A stretch of 64,000 bases of DNA from Tubiluchus corallicola. Its lineage: Eukaryota; Animalia; Priapulida. Below are positions 50,906-64,000 of this stretch, one piece after another; the stretch's first letter is position 1; each line of letters starts with the position of its first letter. Position numbers and translations under genes: made by a program. The notes beneath the pieces are model-generated. The model did no database searches. It was not told where the DNA came from and was given only the letters and a program-made list of their open reading frames with translations. The stretch covers positions 1-64,000 of the forward strand of contig JAQGDQ010000617.1 of assembly GCA_030141605.1 (NCBI GenBank), written 5' to 3'.

Positions 50906-51929
50906 AACTAAGTATTGATATATGTTATAAAATGGTATATCATCATACGCCCGTCACGTCTATTGTAGACATTGGGCAGGCAGAATTCTAAAATAAAAGA
51001 AATCTGCCTTCAGACAGGTAAACGCAGCAGTAATCCAGCAAAAAACAATACACTGCTACACCAGTGGCTTGTCAGCACCACTTCCGTTAAAAATGGTATA
51101 CTTAAAGTAAGTAAGTGCACATCCATATAATGTGACATCACCGTGACATCACCGTGAGTACCACAGTGTACAGTTGAACCTTACCCGTAGTGTTTGTCAC
51201 CTTTCGCTCAATCATTTCTGATACATGAGGTTCATAAATAAAAAATGCAGTTACCTATTCAACTACAATAATTTATGTTTGAGTAAACAGAAGTAGGCGT
51301 GTAATCTTAACGAAGTCTTGACGATGAACTATGGCCGCCAAATATATCAGCTTCACAAGAAATTATGAAGCGAGCATATCTGGACGCGCTGGCTGTACGG
51401 AGGTGTTTGCTGGGAGATTTTTCACGAGTTTGTGCACAAAGCCAGAAGAATCCGAATGATTTACTGTTGTCCAAGACGCTGGTCGTTTCTAAGGTGTAGG
51501 AAGAAACGTCTTGTGCACGCGGAGAGCTTAATTTGTTTCATGACGGGCTAATTTATGATTGAAAACAAAATGAAAAGAACGCATGCTACATGTATTGTGT
51601 CCCAAAGTTCCTGTTGTGGTCTATTTTTCTTTTCAAATTTTTAAAACAGACTTGACTGTATTCAGTACTGACCTTATTCAGATGAAATATTCGTTAGAGA
51701 AATTTGTAATTTAGGAGATTATACCATACCATTTTAGAGAAATTAAAAAACATCCCGATAAAGGAAAGGCTGGGTTTTCTAGAAAGCTAGGCTTAGTGCA
51801 ATGTTCGCGAATAAATGTTAGAAGGATAAGTAAAATCACTTTAAAGTCACAATCACCTCGTGAGCACCCCATTTCAATGCCCACTCTTCTTCCGCGGCTA
51901 TCACAGTGTTGAAATTTTCAGACGCAGTG

Positions 51930-52310
51930 GTAGCCGCCATTCACCTGAAAATTGTGACGTAACTGGCGGACTTCGTGACTTTTCGTAAACGTATCGTGGC
52001 TTTCCCCAAGCAGCTGTTGCTTAAACTAATTCAAAGCTGTTTTAATGTTCATGCAAAAATATCACAAAACTTACCGTACTTTTGACGAAAATTAGCAGTG
52101 TGCTGTTTTTCTTCAGTGGGCATATGATGTCACTGGTGGAAAACCAGCAATCAAAATGGAAGCGCCCAATATATTAACCATGATATGATCGCGAGTTTAG
52201 AGTGATTTTGATAATTACACGAGGCGGGTATCACGCCTTCTGTTATTATGTAATCCTTTTAACATTTTTCGCAAACATTGAAATGAACCTAAATTCCCAG
52301 AAAGCACTTT
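51930..52310 (+). mobile_element. Dispersed repeat family D copy
   Basis: Similar to 8565-8998. Confidence 0.65.
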
Positions 52311-52382
52311 TAGTAAGAGAATTTTCTTCTAAAACGCTCGAATATTAGTGTTACCTTCTCCCATCTAGCCTTGTTTTAGCGT

Positions 52383-52960
<578 letters not shown>

Positions 52961-53052
52961 CCCTTCCGTCAACTTTAGCAAATTATCATTAACTACGAAT
53001 TAGAAAGAATTCAGATTTTTTCAACGATTTAGTTGAGGCTGCATAAACTTGA

Positions 53053-53337
53053 TTGAGTGGTGAGTGAGTGAGTAAGTGAGTGAGTGAATGAATGAGTGAG
53101 GGAGTGAGGGAGTGAGGGAGTGAGTGAGTGAGAGAGAGAGAGAGAGAGCGAGAGCGAGTGAGTGAGTGAGTGAGCGAATGAATGAGTGAGTGTGTGAGTG
53201 AGTGAGTGAATGATTGAGTGAGTGAGTGAGTGAGCGAGTGAGTGAATGAGTGAGTGAGTGAGAGAGAGCGAGAGCGAGCGAGTGAGTGAGTGAGTGAGTG
53301 AGTGAGTGAGTGAGTGAGTGAGTGAGTGAGTAAGAAA

Positions 53338-53368
<31 letters not shown>

Positions 53369-53614
53369 TGTATGTATGTATGTATGTATGTATGTATGTA
53401 TGTATGTATGTATGTATGTATGTATGTATGTATGTATGTACGTACATACGTATGTATGTATGTATGTATGTGTGCATGTAATTTTATTAAAACAGACACA
53501 TTAGATTTTTATACCAAGAGCAAAACACGAAATATATGTACTCACCAATCATTAAAAAAGTCGAACTTCCTGCGATCTTTGAGAGAGAGAGAGAGAGAAG
53601 GAGAGAGAGAGGGG

Positions 53615-53645
<31 letters not shown>

Positions 53646-53656
53646 AGAGAGAGAGC

Positions 53657-53690
<34 letters not shown>
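53053..53690. repeat. Compound (GAGT)n, (TATG)n and (GA)n microsatellites
   Basis: Seen directly. Confidence 0.95.
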
Positions 53691-53692
<2 letters not shown>

Positions 53693-53983
53693 AGATTGAT
53701 GGTTATTAAGAATATAGTTTACATCTTGAGTGTAATTCTTGAGTTACGTGGCGATAACAACAGAGATGATCCAATAACAGTGTTCCGTGTATGTCATAGT
53801 TTGAACACTCAAAAAATGACTTTACAGACGAACTTTACAGACTATCCGCGACTAACGCTGTACATTAACAAATGATCAATAATGCGAGCAGTTTCCACAT
53901 AGTGTACCTATTTTCGTAGAATTCCTATCCTGTGTTTGATAGACGTATTAACTTTAAATTTGTTTGAAAAGCAGTGTGGGATT

Positions 53984-54530
53984 TTAAAAGAAAAGCGGAC
54001 GATTGATTGAACTCAATCTCATTTTAATTTACTGTCCGAACCATGCATTTCTTGCCTATAAAAGTTAACAATTGTTCCTAATATTACCTTGGAAAGTTAT
54101 TTAACAGCAACCAAACACATCTATTGCTTACGTCACAAACTAACCACAGTTTGTGCAATGCTAGGCATCTTCCCTGCTCGTCAGACACGCTTGCGTAAGC
54201 GAAGATTGCTATAAGACGCTAATGTGATGTTACGAAAATGAGCTCTACGTCACGCTGACGTCACAGAGGAACACTGCAGTTCATGATCACGTTTATCATA
54301 CTTCCGCGACTATTTATCGACCAACGCGAATGCGACAAAAAGACGTGATTGCCACTCTAAGTGGATTCGCTGAGCCGCACTTAGTTTTGAAAATTTAACA
54401 AAATTCAACCACCTGCGGTAATTATGATTTAACCTAAGCTTTAATTTAAAAATGTAGTTGTAGTTTTCAATATTTTAAAACATTCTTTGTTATGAACTAA
54501 TGTGCGCACAATTGTCCGGTTTTCTCTTAA
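53984..54530 (-). mobile_element. MITE family E, diverged inverted copy
   Basis: Reverse complement of 3902-4452, for example cgcgaatgcgacaaaaagacg vs cgcctttttgtcacattcgcg. Confidence 0.75.
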
Positions 54531-54804
54531 GTACGTGTAGCTACAAATAATTAAATTCAGTAAGTACTAGACTTACCATAGCCTTGAGGCAAAATGAAGC
54601 TACCTGCAGTTTTCGTTAAATCTTTCAGGATCTGGGAAGAAATAAATCAGAAAAAGTTTTCAAGAGGTGACAAAACAGCTAACGAGGTCTTATTTATGGG
54701 GTTATTATAAGGTCACATCACTGTTTTCCATTGCTGACGGCAAAATACAGTAACATTACTGATTGGCTGGCTGCTGCGACCGTACATTCTTTTGCAATGA
54801 CGTT

Positions 54805-54915
54805 CATATATATATACATACATACATACATACAAAAATACATACATACATACATTCATACATACGTACATTCATACATTCATACATTCATACATTCATA
54901 CATTCATACATTCAT

Positions 54916-54958
<43 letters not shown>

Positions 54959-55235
54959 CACACACGCACGCACACACACATACGCACGCACGCACGCACG
55001 CACGCACACACACACATACACACGCATACACATATACACACACGCGCACGCACGCACGCACACACACACGCACATACATACGCACGCACGCACACACACA
55101 CATACATACGCACGCGCACACACACACACGTGCACGCACGCACGCACACACACGCGCGCACGCGCACATACGTACACACACACACGCACGCACGCACACG
55201 CACACACACACACATACACACATACGTAAATACAT
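54805..55235. repeat. Compound (CATA)n/(CA)n/(CACG)n microsatellite
   Basis: Seen directly. Confidence 0.95.
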
Positions 55236-56041
55236 ACTTTCTTACTTACTCACTCATGTATATATATGAACAGTCTTTATGGCACAAGATATACACATTT
55301 ACAGCTATAATAAAATAGTTGAAAATATTATATGTTGTATGAGTTAAACTGGATAAAAAATTAGGAAAGTTAATTTTTTTTAAAAGTGAATAAAAGATGA
55401 AAATTTAGCGTAAAGTTAAAATTGAATTACAAAACATAACTTCTTAAAATCCCCCATCGACAACGCATACGCACAAAACGTTGAAAATGACTTTAACACA
55501 AAGTATTTTTACAGTGAACCTTTCTATGTCGATTATTTGTTATTGTTCGATTTATTCTTTAATAATTGGAGAACATAAAAAACGCGTAACCCTTTAGACT
55601 CATGAATTCATAATCTAAGTGTCTATACTAAAAAATAGACTACTTGTACGGAAACTTACATGGCAAAAAATCACCAAAAACTATCAAAACGTATTAAAAT
55701 TCCTAATTTCGTAAGTCGCCATCATGTCATCATGCAGGCGAATTAAAATACTATATTACATATCTACTAATGTTTTGATTCTTATAATTTTTAACTTACA
55801 CTAACTTACACAATTGCACACATCAGTCTGTCACTGACTGGTTATCCACTGATTTTATGAATGATGTAATTTGTTTTACTCTGTACCAGTGTATAATTTT
55901 TGCAATAAAGATTTACATATATATACCAGTCCAAAACAAAATTACATTAACACAAAGAGGAAAAATATACAAAATATACAAATATACAAAAAGTATTGCA
56001 TAGCAAAGTACACTGTCATTAGATTTGGGGTATAAAGTGAC

Positions 56042-56047
<6 letters not shown>

Positions 56048-56072
<25 letters not shown>

Positions 56073-56696
56073 AACAACAACAGAAAAAGAAAGAAATAAA
56101 GAACAGTAAAAGAGAAAAAAAACTAAAAATGGACGTTTTATAAAATTTAATAAATTGTGGTGTGACAGATTAGATTGAAAGAAATAACTGATATATGAAT
56201 AAAAATGAAACGTTTTATACCAAAAATTATATACCTTTTTCTTTGATCCAGGAAAAAGTCGTGTTGGCTGGAAATGAGTTTTGATATTGACCGTAATTAC
56301 TGTTTGACGAAATGCAAATTGGGTGCTGCAGTTTATCACAAGGCGTCTCCTGTTGCTGATGCTGCGATTGCGGAGTTACCTGAGATGATGTATGCATATA
56401 AGACAGAATCCTTTATTGCAAAAATTATACATATACATATATATAACGGTCAATATCATAACTCAATTTCAGCTAAAACGACTTTTTCCTGGATCAAAGA
56501 GAAAGGTATATATATAATTTTTGTTATAAAACGTTTCATTCTTATTCTTATATCAGTTATTTCCTTCAATCAAATCTGTCACACCAAAATTTATTAAATT
56601 TTAATAAACGTCCCTTTTTAGTTTTTCCATTTTTTCTCTTTTACTGTTCTCTATTTCTTTCTCTTTCTGTTGTTTATATATATATAGATATATATA
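56048..56696. mobile_element. Long fold-back element inserted in (TA)n
   Basis: Arms ~56070-56298 and ~56442-56678 are reverse complements with (TA)n on both sides. An extra terminus fragment is at ~56750-56805. Confidence 0.8.
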
Positions 56697-56805
56697 AAAC
56701 TTTATTGCAAATATATATACATATTAAACAGAAACCGTTATTGTGTAAATATATATATATAAACAACAACAGAAAAAGAAATAATTAGACAACAGTAAAA
56801 GAGAC

Positions 56806-56848
<43 letters not shown>

Positions 56849-58594
56849 TTTATAGAATTTACGTTATACTGCTGGTAATACATAGACGTCTAGTTATAAT
56901 ACATATAGCTGTAACTCATAGCTACGTTAGCTTACGTACGTTACGCACATCGTTTCACGGCTGTTTAAAAAATGGTTTTCAAGTTGCACGATTAAACGGA
57001 GGAGATAACATGTGTAAAATCGATTCATCGCGTAGATCAGTCTTCATGGTCGCAATATCTGATTAATTAAAGTAAAAGACAATAGCTTCGTGAAAAGACT
57101 AGGGGGGGGGATAGTGGCTTACCCTATACCAGAGTTTCTGAGACAAGAGGTTTCAGAAATCTGCAAAATTTGCAATAAGCAAAAACAATTCAATTTTGAA
57201 TTTGAATTTAAACTTTTTTTACAGAATTTCCTCCCATATACAAAACAGGATTAAAAAATATAATGACAGCATCGAACAAAAAATCAGTAAAACACACTTT
57301 TACATACAGCACATAATCACCTCCCCCCCCCGACGGAACATAGACATCATAAACAATGAAACATCATTAGTTTAAAACTTGTACTAAAAATATAATCACA
57401 ATAAAAAGTCTGCAATAAAAATATAAGAAAGTTATAATAGCCTGTTTGATATATATATATAAAATTTTAAGCCAGTGCTGGTGAGTTTTAGATCTATACC
57501 TGCATTCGCTATTCCACATGTTTTGTACCAAAGTATTGCAACATTTTGACAGCCTGTTTTTGAGTGAATATGTACATTTTGGAATTATAGAGTCAAAATA
57601 CGGTATTTTAAGTTGAACACACATCCCCTTTGCAGAACAGTCACAATGTAGCCGAAGTAATTTGCGGATGCCATTATTGTTTGCTATTTTTGTGAAACTA
57701 AAACTATAATAATAAATTTGTACCATAGAGCTGCACAGTACAATGGACTTTTACTAAATGAGAAATAAACAGAGTAAAGATTTTAATAGAAATTGCGAGT
57801 CTTTATTATTTTTTAGATTTTCTGTTTCAAAAGTATAAAATCCTTGGATATTATGACTTTTTTTCTTACCCTAAATCCTGAAAATGCCATCATTTATAAA
57901 TCATTGACTGAGTATCTAGGGACATGTGACGTTTCGTCCAATCAGGCGAGTGCGTTTTGTTGCGTAATTTACGACTTCCAAAGGCGTTGCAAATTTATAC
58001 GTTTGAAATTATCTTGTAGGGAGATAATTTCTTGAAAATTTATGTGTCTCGCGTAGGCTACCGCTGCGTTGTTCCAATGTGCGAATATAAATGCGTTTTG
58101 TTGATCTGCGTCGTAAATTGCGTGAGTGATATATGCACGAATTCAACAAAGAGACACGGCGTAGTTAAGCTAATATATGCGCAGCCTTTGCGATAAGTTT
58201 TAATGAAGCGAGTAATTGTTTGCAGTCGAAGTTACTATTTCAGATGATTAATTTGCTAAAGTTTCTTATTGTCGCGAACGCGGCAATTACATTTTTGTTA
58301 TTCGTAAATATCTCAGAACATTTAATCTTTTAACTCTTTACAAAGAGGGAAGGAAGCAATCATTGGGCGACTGTGAATCCTGGTGTTTCAAAGTTCAAGT
58401 CTCGCATTTCGCCAGGTGCAAATATGTGATTAGAATATAGTTTGTTAATATCGAAATTCTGAGTAGTAATGCCCTTTGCGGAAAAGAAGAACGATAAATT
58501 TAAAGTATGAGCATATTAACGTTACACGAACATTTAACAAGTGATATTTACAATGGTTATAAGGAAAAGAACGATTACATGATAATGGCGATGC

Positions 58595-59032
58595 GAATAA
58601 ATACAGCTAAATGCTACGTTTTAAGCAGAGAAAAAATAGAGCTAAATGGTACGTTTTAGGCAGAGAAAAAATACAGCTAAATGCTACGTTTCAGGTAGAA
58701 AAAAATAGAGCTAAACGCTACGTTTTAGGTAGAGAAAAAACAGAGCTAAATGATACGTTTTAGGCAGAGAAAAAATAGAGCTAAATGCTACGTTTTATGT
58801 AGAGAAAAAATAGAGCTAAATGGTACGTTTTAGGCAGAGAAAAAATACAGCTAAATGCTACGTTTTACGTAGAGAAAAAATACAGCTAAATGCTACGTTT
58901 TAGAGAAAAAATACAGCTAAATGCTACGTTTTAGGTAGAGAAAAATACAGCTAAATGCTACGTTTTAGGCAGAGAAAAAATAGAGCTAAATGCTACGTTT
59001 TAGACAGAGAAAAAATAGAGCTAAATGCTATG
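58595..59032. repeat. ~35-bp minisatellite (aaaaaatagagctaaatgctacgttttaggcagag)
   Basis: About 12 tandem units. Confidence 0.93.
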
Positions 59033-59519
59033 TCTGAGCCATTGACTACATTAAGTTAGCATACATCAAAATGAGCATAAGTGAAACAATTTACATAAAA
59101 CTACAAAATACAAATATAATGGCGACGGACTATCCTCGTTAAGGAAGAAGTGGCGTGACATGACGCAATGGTACGACACCCCAAGCTAGCTTTTGACAAG
59201 ATTACAACTATATATATATGGAAGCGCCAGTCTTTATGACCATATATGCACGCATGAATCTCAAAATAAAATTTTTTCAAAAATGTCCTATGTATGTGAG
59301 GACTGGATAAAAAGTTTTTAATTTTGGTAGTTTGACTACCTTACTTGCCTATTTATGCAAAGCGTAAGATCGTTGGAAAACCGAAAGTTAAAAAAAGAAG
59401 TCATTCGGTATTTTGTGTTTATTTTACTTTTATCACTTAAACTTAAAAAATATAACAAACAAATTTGTAAAAAAAAAACATTCTATAAAGCTTAAGTCTA
59501 AAATAAAATTCCTCTGAAT

Positions 59520-59892
59520 GGAAATTTCCAGGTTGCCGCCATTTGCTTGAAAAACGCGACGTAAACTGGGGGACTTTTTCGTAAGCGCGTCGTGGATTTT
59601 CGTAACCGCGCGCTGCTTAAGCTACTTGAGACTTCTGCGTTTTACCTAATGTTCACAAAATCAGCTATCTAATGTTTTTGTAAAAGCTTATTATACTTCA
59701 GGACGAATGACGTCATTGGAAGAAGATTGAGCGTTCAAAATGGAAGCGCCTAAGCATGACGAGATCGGGAGCTTAAAGTGATTTTACTAATTACACGAAG
59801 CGCTTATTGCAGTCTCATCACTAAATCCTTCTAACATTTTTTGCAAACATCGAAATAAATAAACTTCCCAGAAGGGTTGACCTTTCCTTTAA
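59520..59892 (+). mobile_element. Dispersed repeat family D copy
   Basis: Similar to 8565-8998. Ends cagaagggttgacctttcctttaa. Confidence 0.7.
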
Positions 59893-60130
59893 TCAGTGTG
59901 CAACGGATGCTGTCAAAACAATAATGACAATCGATAAATCAATAGCCGAACGGATGAGGTTAATAATCGACGCAGTCAATGAAATCGTGGAAAATGAGAC
60001 ATAATAAGGGGGACAAATTAATGATACGTCAGGTTTAAATCTCGCCGAAAGCCACGCCCTGCCACGCCCTGCGCTCTCTCTCTTGGTTTATGAAAACATC
60101 TGTTACCTTCTTTTGAAGAAGAACTTTCAT

Positions 60131-61530
60131 CAGTGGTCCGGCTCTAGGTAGTTTGTCGCCCCAGGCAAAAGTATTTTCAGCCCCCAATCTTCAACGGTCA
60201 ACCCCTTCCCGTACGGTCCCTATCACACCTCCAAAATAGAATGTTTCTTGTATAATATTATAATAAACCATAATGGCACCTGTGTATTTAAGCTTATACT
60301 GTACTAATTAAGTATAGTCAATTACCTATCTACAGGTAGTGTTGTGTTAATTGAAATTGAAACTGAATTTATGATGCCATTGTACGTTCTGGGTTTTGAG
60401 GAACAATCAAATTTCTGCAATTTCATCTGTTTGTCTAAATTTTTCCTCGGCTTTTTATTAGGAAATCCCAACTCCTCTTTTTCACGTACACATCCACTTC
60501 ACTAGCTTCATCACCTTCACAACCGTCACTCTGGTCTGGATGCAAACGCTTCATTAACGAATCATTTTGCCGTTCATTGTCGCAGCTTTTTTACTTTTCG
60601 TTTCGGGTATTCCGAAGACTTTGAATCTTATAGGCATATCTGCCATAATTAAATGAATTCTATTGTCAGACATTTTTATTAACAGAAAGGTCATTAGTGT
60701 AAGCACTTACTTAACTCTGCTGCTCTGTGCTAACAATAGCAACTGCAGGTGTTCGTTACTTTTAATTAGAGTTGCTTAATTCAAGAAACTTAGGCTAAAC
60801 TTCTAAACTTCGAAATTAAAGGAAGACAGGATGATTTTTCATATACTACCCCATTTTCAAATACGATAAAATGTATAAATTTTAACACAATTAGCACGCA
60901 AAAGCGTTTCTGATAGTTAAATTTTAGATTAAAAACTTAATTAACGGCCGGCGAGCCCAACTATTGATGACATCACAAACTAACATAATTTTCAATAGCA
61001 AAAACATTCTACTAGCGTGTTGCACGTGTTTTTTGAAAAATGAAATTAAAGTACAGAGTTACTATAAGATATTCAGTGTGTTGTACTAAAACTAGGCAAG
61101 TTTTAAGATAAAAATTCAAATTTCAAATTTATCAGTGTACTCACGCATGAGCTATCGAACATGTGCAGTTCGTCACAAACTAACACATCTGAACTGAGAA
61201 GTATAGCATCTGTTTTCGTGTAATGCGTTTCCGAAATGCAGGCGCTACTGCCCGTCTAACTAGCGTATGACGAAATGCATGTAACAGTGAAGAACTAGTG
61301 ACAGGAATGTGAAATTGCATTTGTGTGGTAATAATTCTTTCACGTAAGTCATTTATGAAAAAAAATAGTACGTTTCCTTTCAACAATTTAAATAGTAGAT
61401 TGTTTTGACCTACAGTTTAAGAATGGGCCCGGGTTTTGCTTTAACGAATTACTTTCAGAATTTGGCGCCCCCCAAAAATTTGGCGCCGTGGGCAACTGTC
61501 TAGTTTGCCTGAATGGTAGAACCTTGGCCG
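60131..61530. mobile_element. Decayed hAT-like MITE with a nested family A element
   Basis: Left end cagtggtccggctctaggtagtttgtcgccccaggcaaa. Right end ttggcgccgtgggcaactgtctagtttgcctgaatggtagaacc. Both flanks contain ttcat (imperfect TSD). Confidence 0.55.
60816..61444 (+). mobile_element. MITE family A copy
   Basis: Full length with TTAA at both ends. Confidence 0.88.
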
Positions 61531-62019
61531 AATTCATCAGCGTCTTTATATCTGCGGGTTCAATTCAATGTATCGCATATTTCATTCGAATATCTATCAA
61601 TTTTTCCCATGTTATTAACTGCTGTCACACATTTTAATTATCACCATACAAAATGCTGGACATTTTTTACCATTTTCGGCCCGTAAAAGTCTCGTGTAGA
61701 ATGTACCTCCTCTGCGGGTGATCATTACTAAGTTTGGAGAAGAGTGGACTCGTTTTAAAGGAGACGCCGCTTTCCCCTCCGGCTGCACCGGCAAGTAATT
61801 TTTTACTCGAACAGTTTTGACGCTTGCCGCTTGTATTGGGGCTACATTTATTACCTTGTCGCTACACCTCAGAGCGAATCTATGTTCACAAACGAGGTGC
61901 CGCCTTTTCGGACCGCGCCGTACAAACACCTGGACCACACGGGGAGAACCCCTATTTTTCCATTTTTAATAAGATCGATAAACACTAATAATTATATATA
62001 TATATATATATATATTATG

Positions 62020-62700
62020 TTTTGTTGTGTTGTGTTGTATTGCGTTGTACTGTACTGTGCTGTGCTATGCTATGCTGTGCTGTGCCGTGCCGTGCTGTGC
62101 CGTGCCGTGCCGTGCCGTGCCGTGCCGTGCCGTGCTGTACTGTACTGTACTGTACTGTACTGTACTATACTATACTATACTATACTATACTATACTATAC
62201 TATACTATACTATACTATACTATACTATACTATACTATACTATACTATACTATACTATACTATACTATACTATATTATATTATATTATATTATATTATAT
62301 TATATTATATTATATTATATTATATTATATTATATTATATTATATTATATTATATTATATTATATTATATTATATTATATTATATTATATTATATTATAT
62401 TATATTATATTATATTATATTATATTATATTATATTATACCATACCTTACCACACCACACCACACCACACCACACAACACCACAATACAATACACTACAC
62501 TACACTACACTACACTACAATACACGACACGACACGGCACGGCACGGCACGGCACTGCACTGCACTGCACTGCACTACACTACACTACACTACACTACAC
62601 TACACTACACTACACTACACTACACTACACTACACCACACTACACTTCACTACACTACACTACACTACACTACACTACACTATAGATACTATACTATATT
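62020..62700. repeat. Compound pentanucleotide microsatellite with stepwise unit changes
   Basis: TGTGT>TGTAC>TGTGC>CGTGC>TGTAC>TATAC>TATAT>CATAC>CACAC>TACAC>GACAC>GGCAC>TGCAC>TACAC. Confidence 0.96.
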
Positions 62701-63148
62701 TAGGCGCAAAAGAACAATAAAGAAAAGGTAAAAAAAGTACATAAAGAACATAAAAAAGCTTATGAACAACACAAGAGCAAGCTGCCTGCTGGTCCATATA
62801 TTAAAAATTATATCCTATAAAACTCTCATATCATATACGCATTCTATGATAGGTTTGCTTTCAGAAAGTGACAATCATGAAAAATTTACTGTGAAAATTT
62901 ATAAGACAATGTCTAAAAAATTTTTTCGTTGTCTATTCTGCATTTCTGTTTTATCGTTTGATCATTAAAAACTCTTAGACAATTCTGACAATATTGTAAT
63001 TAAAGGGGTCGCTGTTGTGTCGTGTACTAATGTGAAATATGCCTTATTCTTTTGTCCGATCTTTGTAAACGACATTTTGTAGTAACTACTGATTTATGGC
63101 ATTGCATAGTTACTGCACATCCACGTCATTTCATAGTAACTTACACGT

Positions 63149-63519
63149 TTGAAGCAAAACTGGACCCAATCTTAAACTGCAGGTCAAAACAATCTACTCC
63201 TTCAAATATTGAAAGGAAACATACTATTTTTTCATAAATGACTTACGTGAAAGAATTATTTTCACACAAACACAATTTCACGTTCGCGCCACTAGTTGTT
63301 CGCTGTTACATGCATTTCCCCATTTGCTAATTAGACAGGCACTAGCGCCTGCATTTCGGAAAGGCATTGCACGAAAAACAAGTGCTGTACCTCTTAGTTC
63401 AGATGTGTTAGTTTGTGACGAACTACACACGTTCGACAGCTCATGCGTTAGCACAGCGGTAAATTTGAAATTTAAATTTTATCTTAAAACTTATGAAATG
63501 TCGCCCTGTCTTCCTTTAA
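63149..63519 (-). mobile_element. MITE family A, internally deleted copy
   Basis: Both termini are retained and roughly 250 bp of the interior is missing. Confidence 0.8.
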
Positions 63520-64000
63520 GGGAATTGAAGTTTCCGAACTCCGACACTCCTATGGGAATTAACTATAATGTTTGAACTTCCAAATCCCCTCGTCCTAGGT
63601 GAGAAGACCTGATCCAGGATGGGAGAAATGACTTATTTGGACACACCCCGTGAACGGCCATGGCTAGAAGGCTAGAACACGATCAAGTTCAAACAAAACG
63701 CGACCAAGACGCAATGTTGCATTTAAGATGAAGATTCTGCGTAAGACAAATGACGAATAAGATAAGCGGTAAAGGGTTATTCGTCTATCAGTCTGTGCCA
63801 GTGGACGGAAACGAAATGCACAGAGCTTAATGAAGTCAAAGCCTACACCAGCGACGTGGTGAATCAGCTATATTGATGGAGTATATAGTGTATAGTATAT
63901 AGCTATATACAATGGCAAAAAAACATAAACTATAGTTGTTTCCGTGACTTAAATAAAGAAACCTTGCAGGGGACAACATAACCAGTGTATTTGTAAGAAA

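Noticed and set aside
51181-51200. ACCCGTAG (miR-100/10-family seed)
   Set aside because: Only 8 nt match and no complementary arm was found.
60145-60154. TAGGTAGTTT matching the miR-196 5' end
   Set aside because: It lies in the terminus of a hAT-like MITE. The rest of the mature sequence and the hairpin are missing.

Overview
AT-rich, repeat-dense DNA from a non-vertebrate bilaterian animal, probably part of an expanded Hox cluster. The only intact protein-coding gene is a two-exon Hox5/Scr orthologue on the minus strand. Exon 1 (42427-42868) encodes MSSYFVNS...PPQIYPWMKKVH, a ~19.4 kb intron follows, and exon 2 (22784-~23043) encodes the homeodomain. The rest is microsatellites, minisatellites, non-autonomous DNA transposons (TTAA/Kolobok-like, hAT-like, a TA/TWA-flanked MITE family), LINE and SINE remnants, and Penelope-like remnants. 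Main observations: (1) two fold-back elements whose arms end in minimal hammerhead-ribozyme motifs with a compensatory U3-A8 core; (2) a Hox5 leader/promoter that appears to keep motifs of the vertebrate Hoxa5 leader; (3) in-frame tandem splice acceptors that would change the hexapeptide-homeodomain linker; (4) a MITE family placing DR1 nuclear-receptor sites and inverted repeats around the homeobox exon; (5) four CTCF-like motifs in the first 14 kb; (6) a minus-strand hairpin upstream of Hox5. No miR-10 was found. All calls were made by eye and repeat boundaries are approximate.
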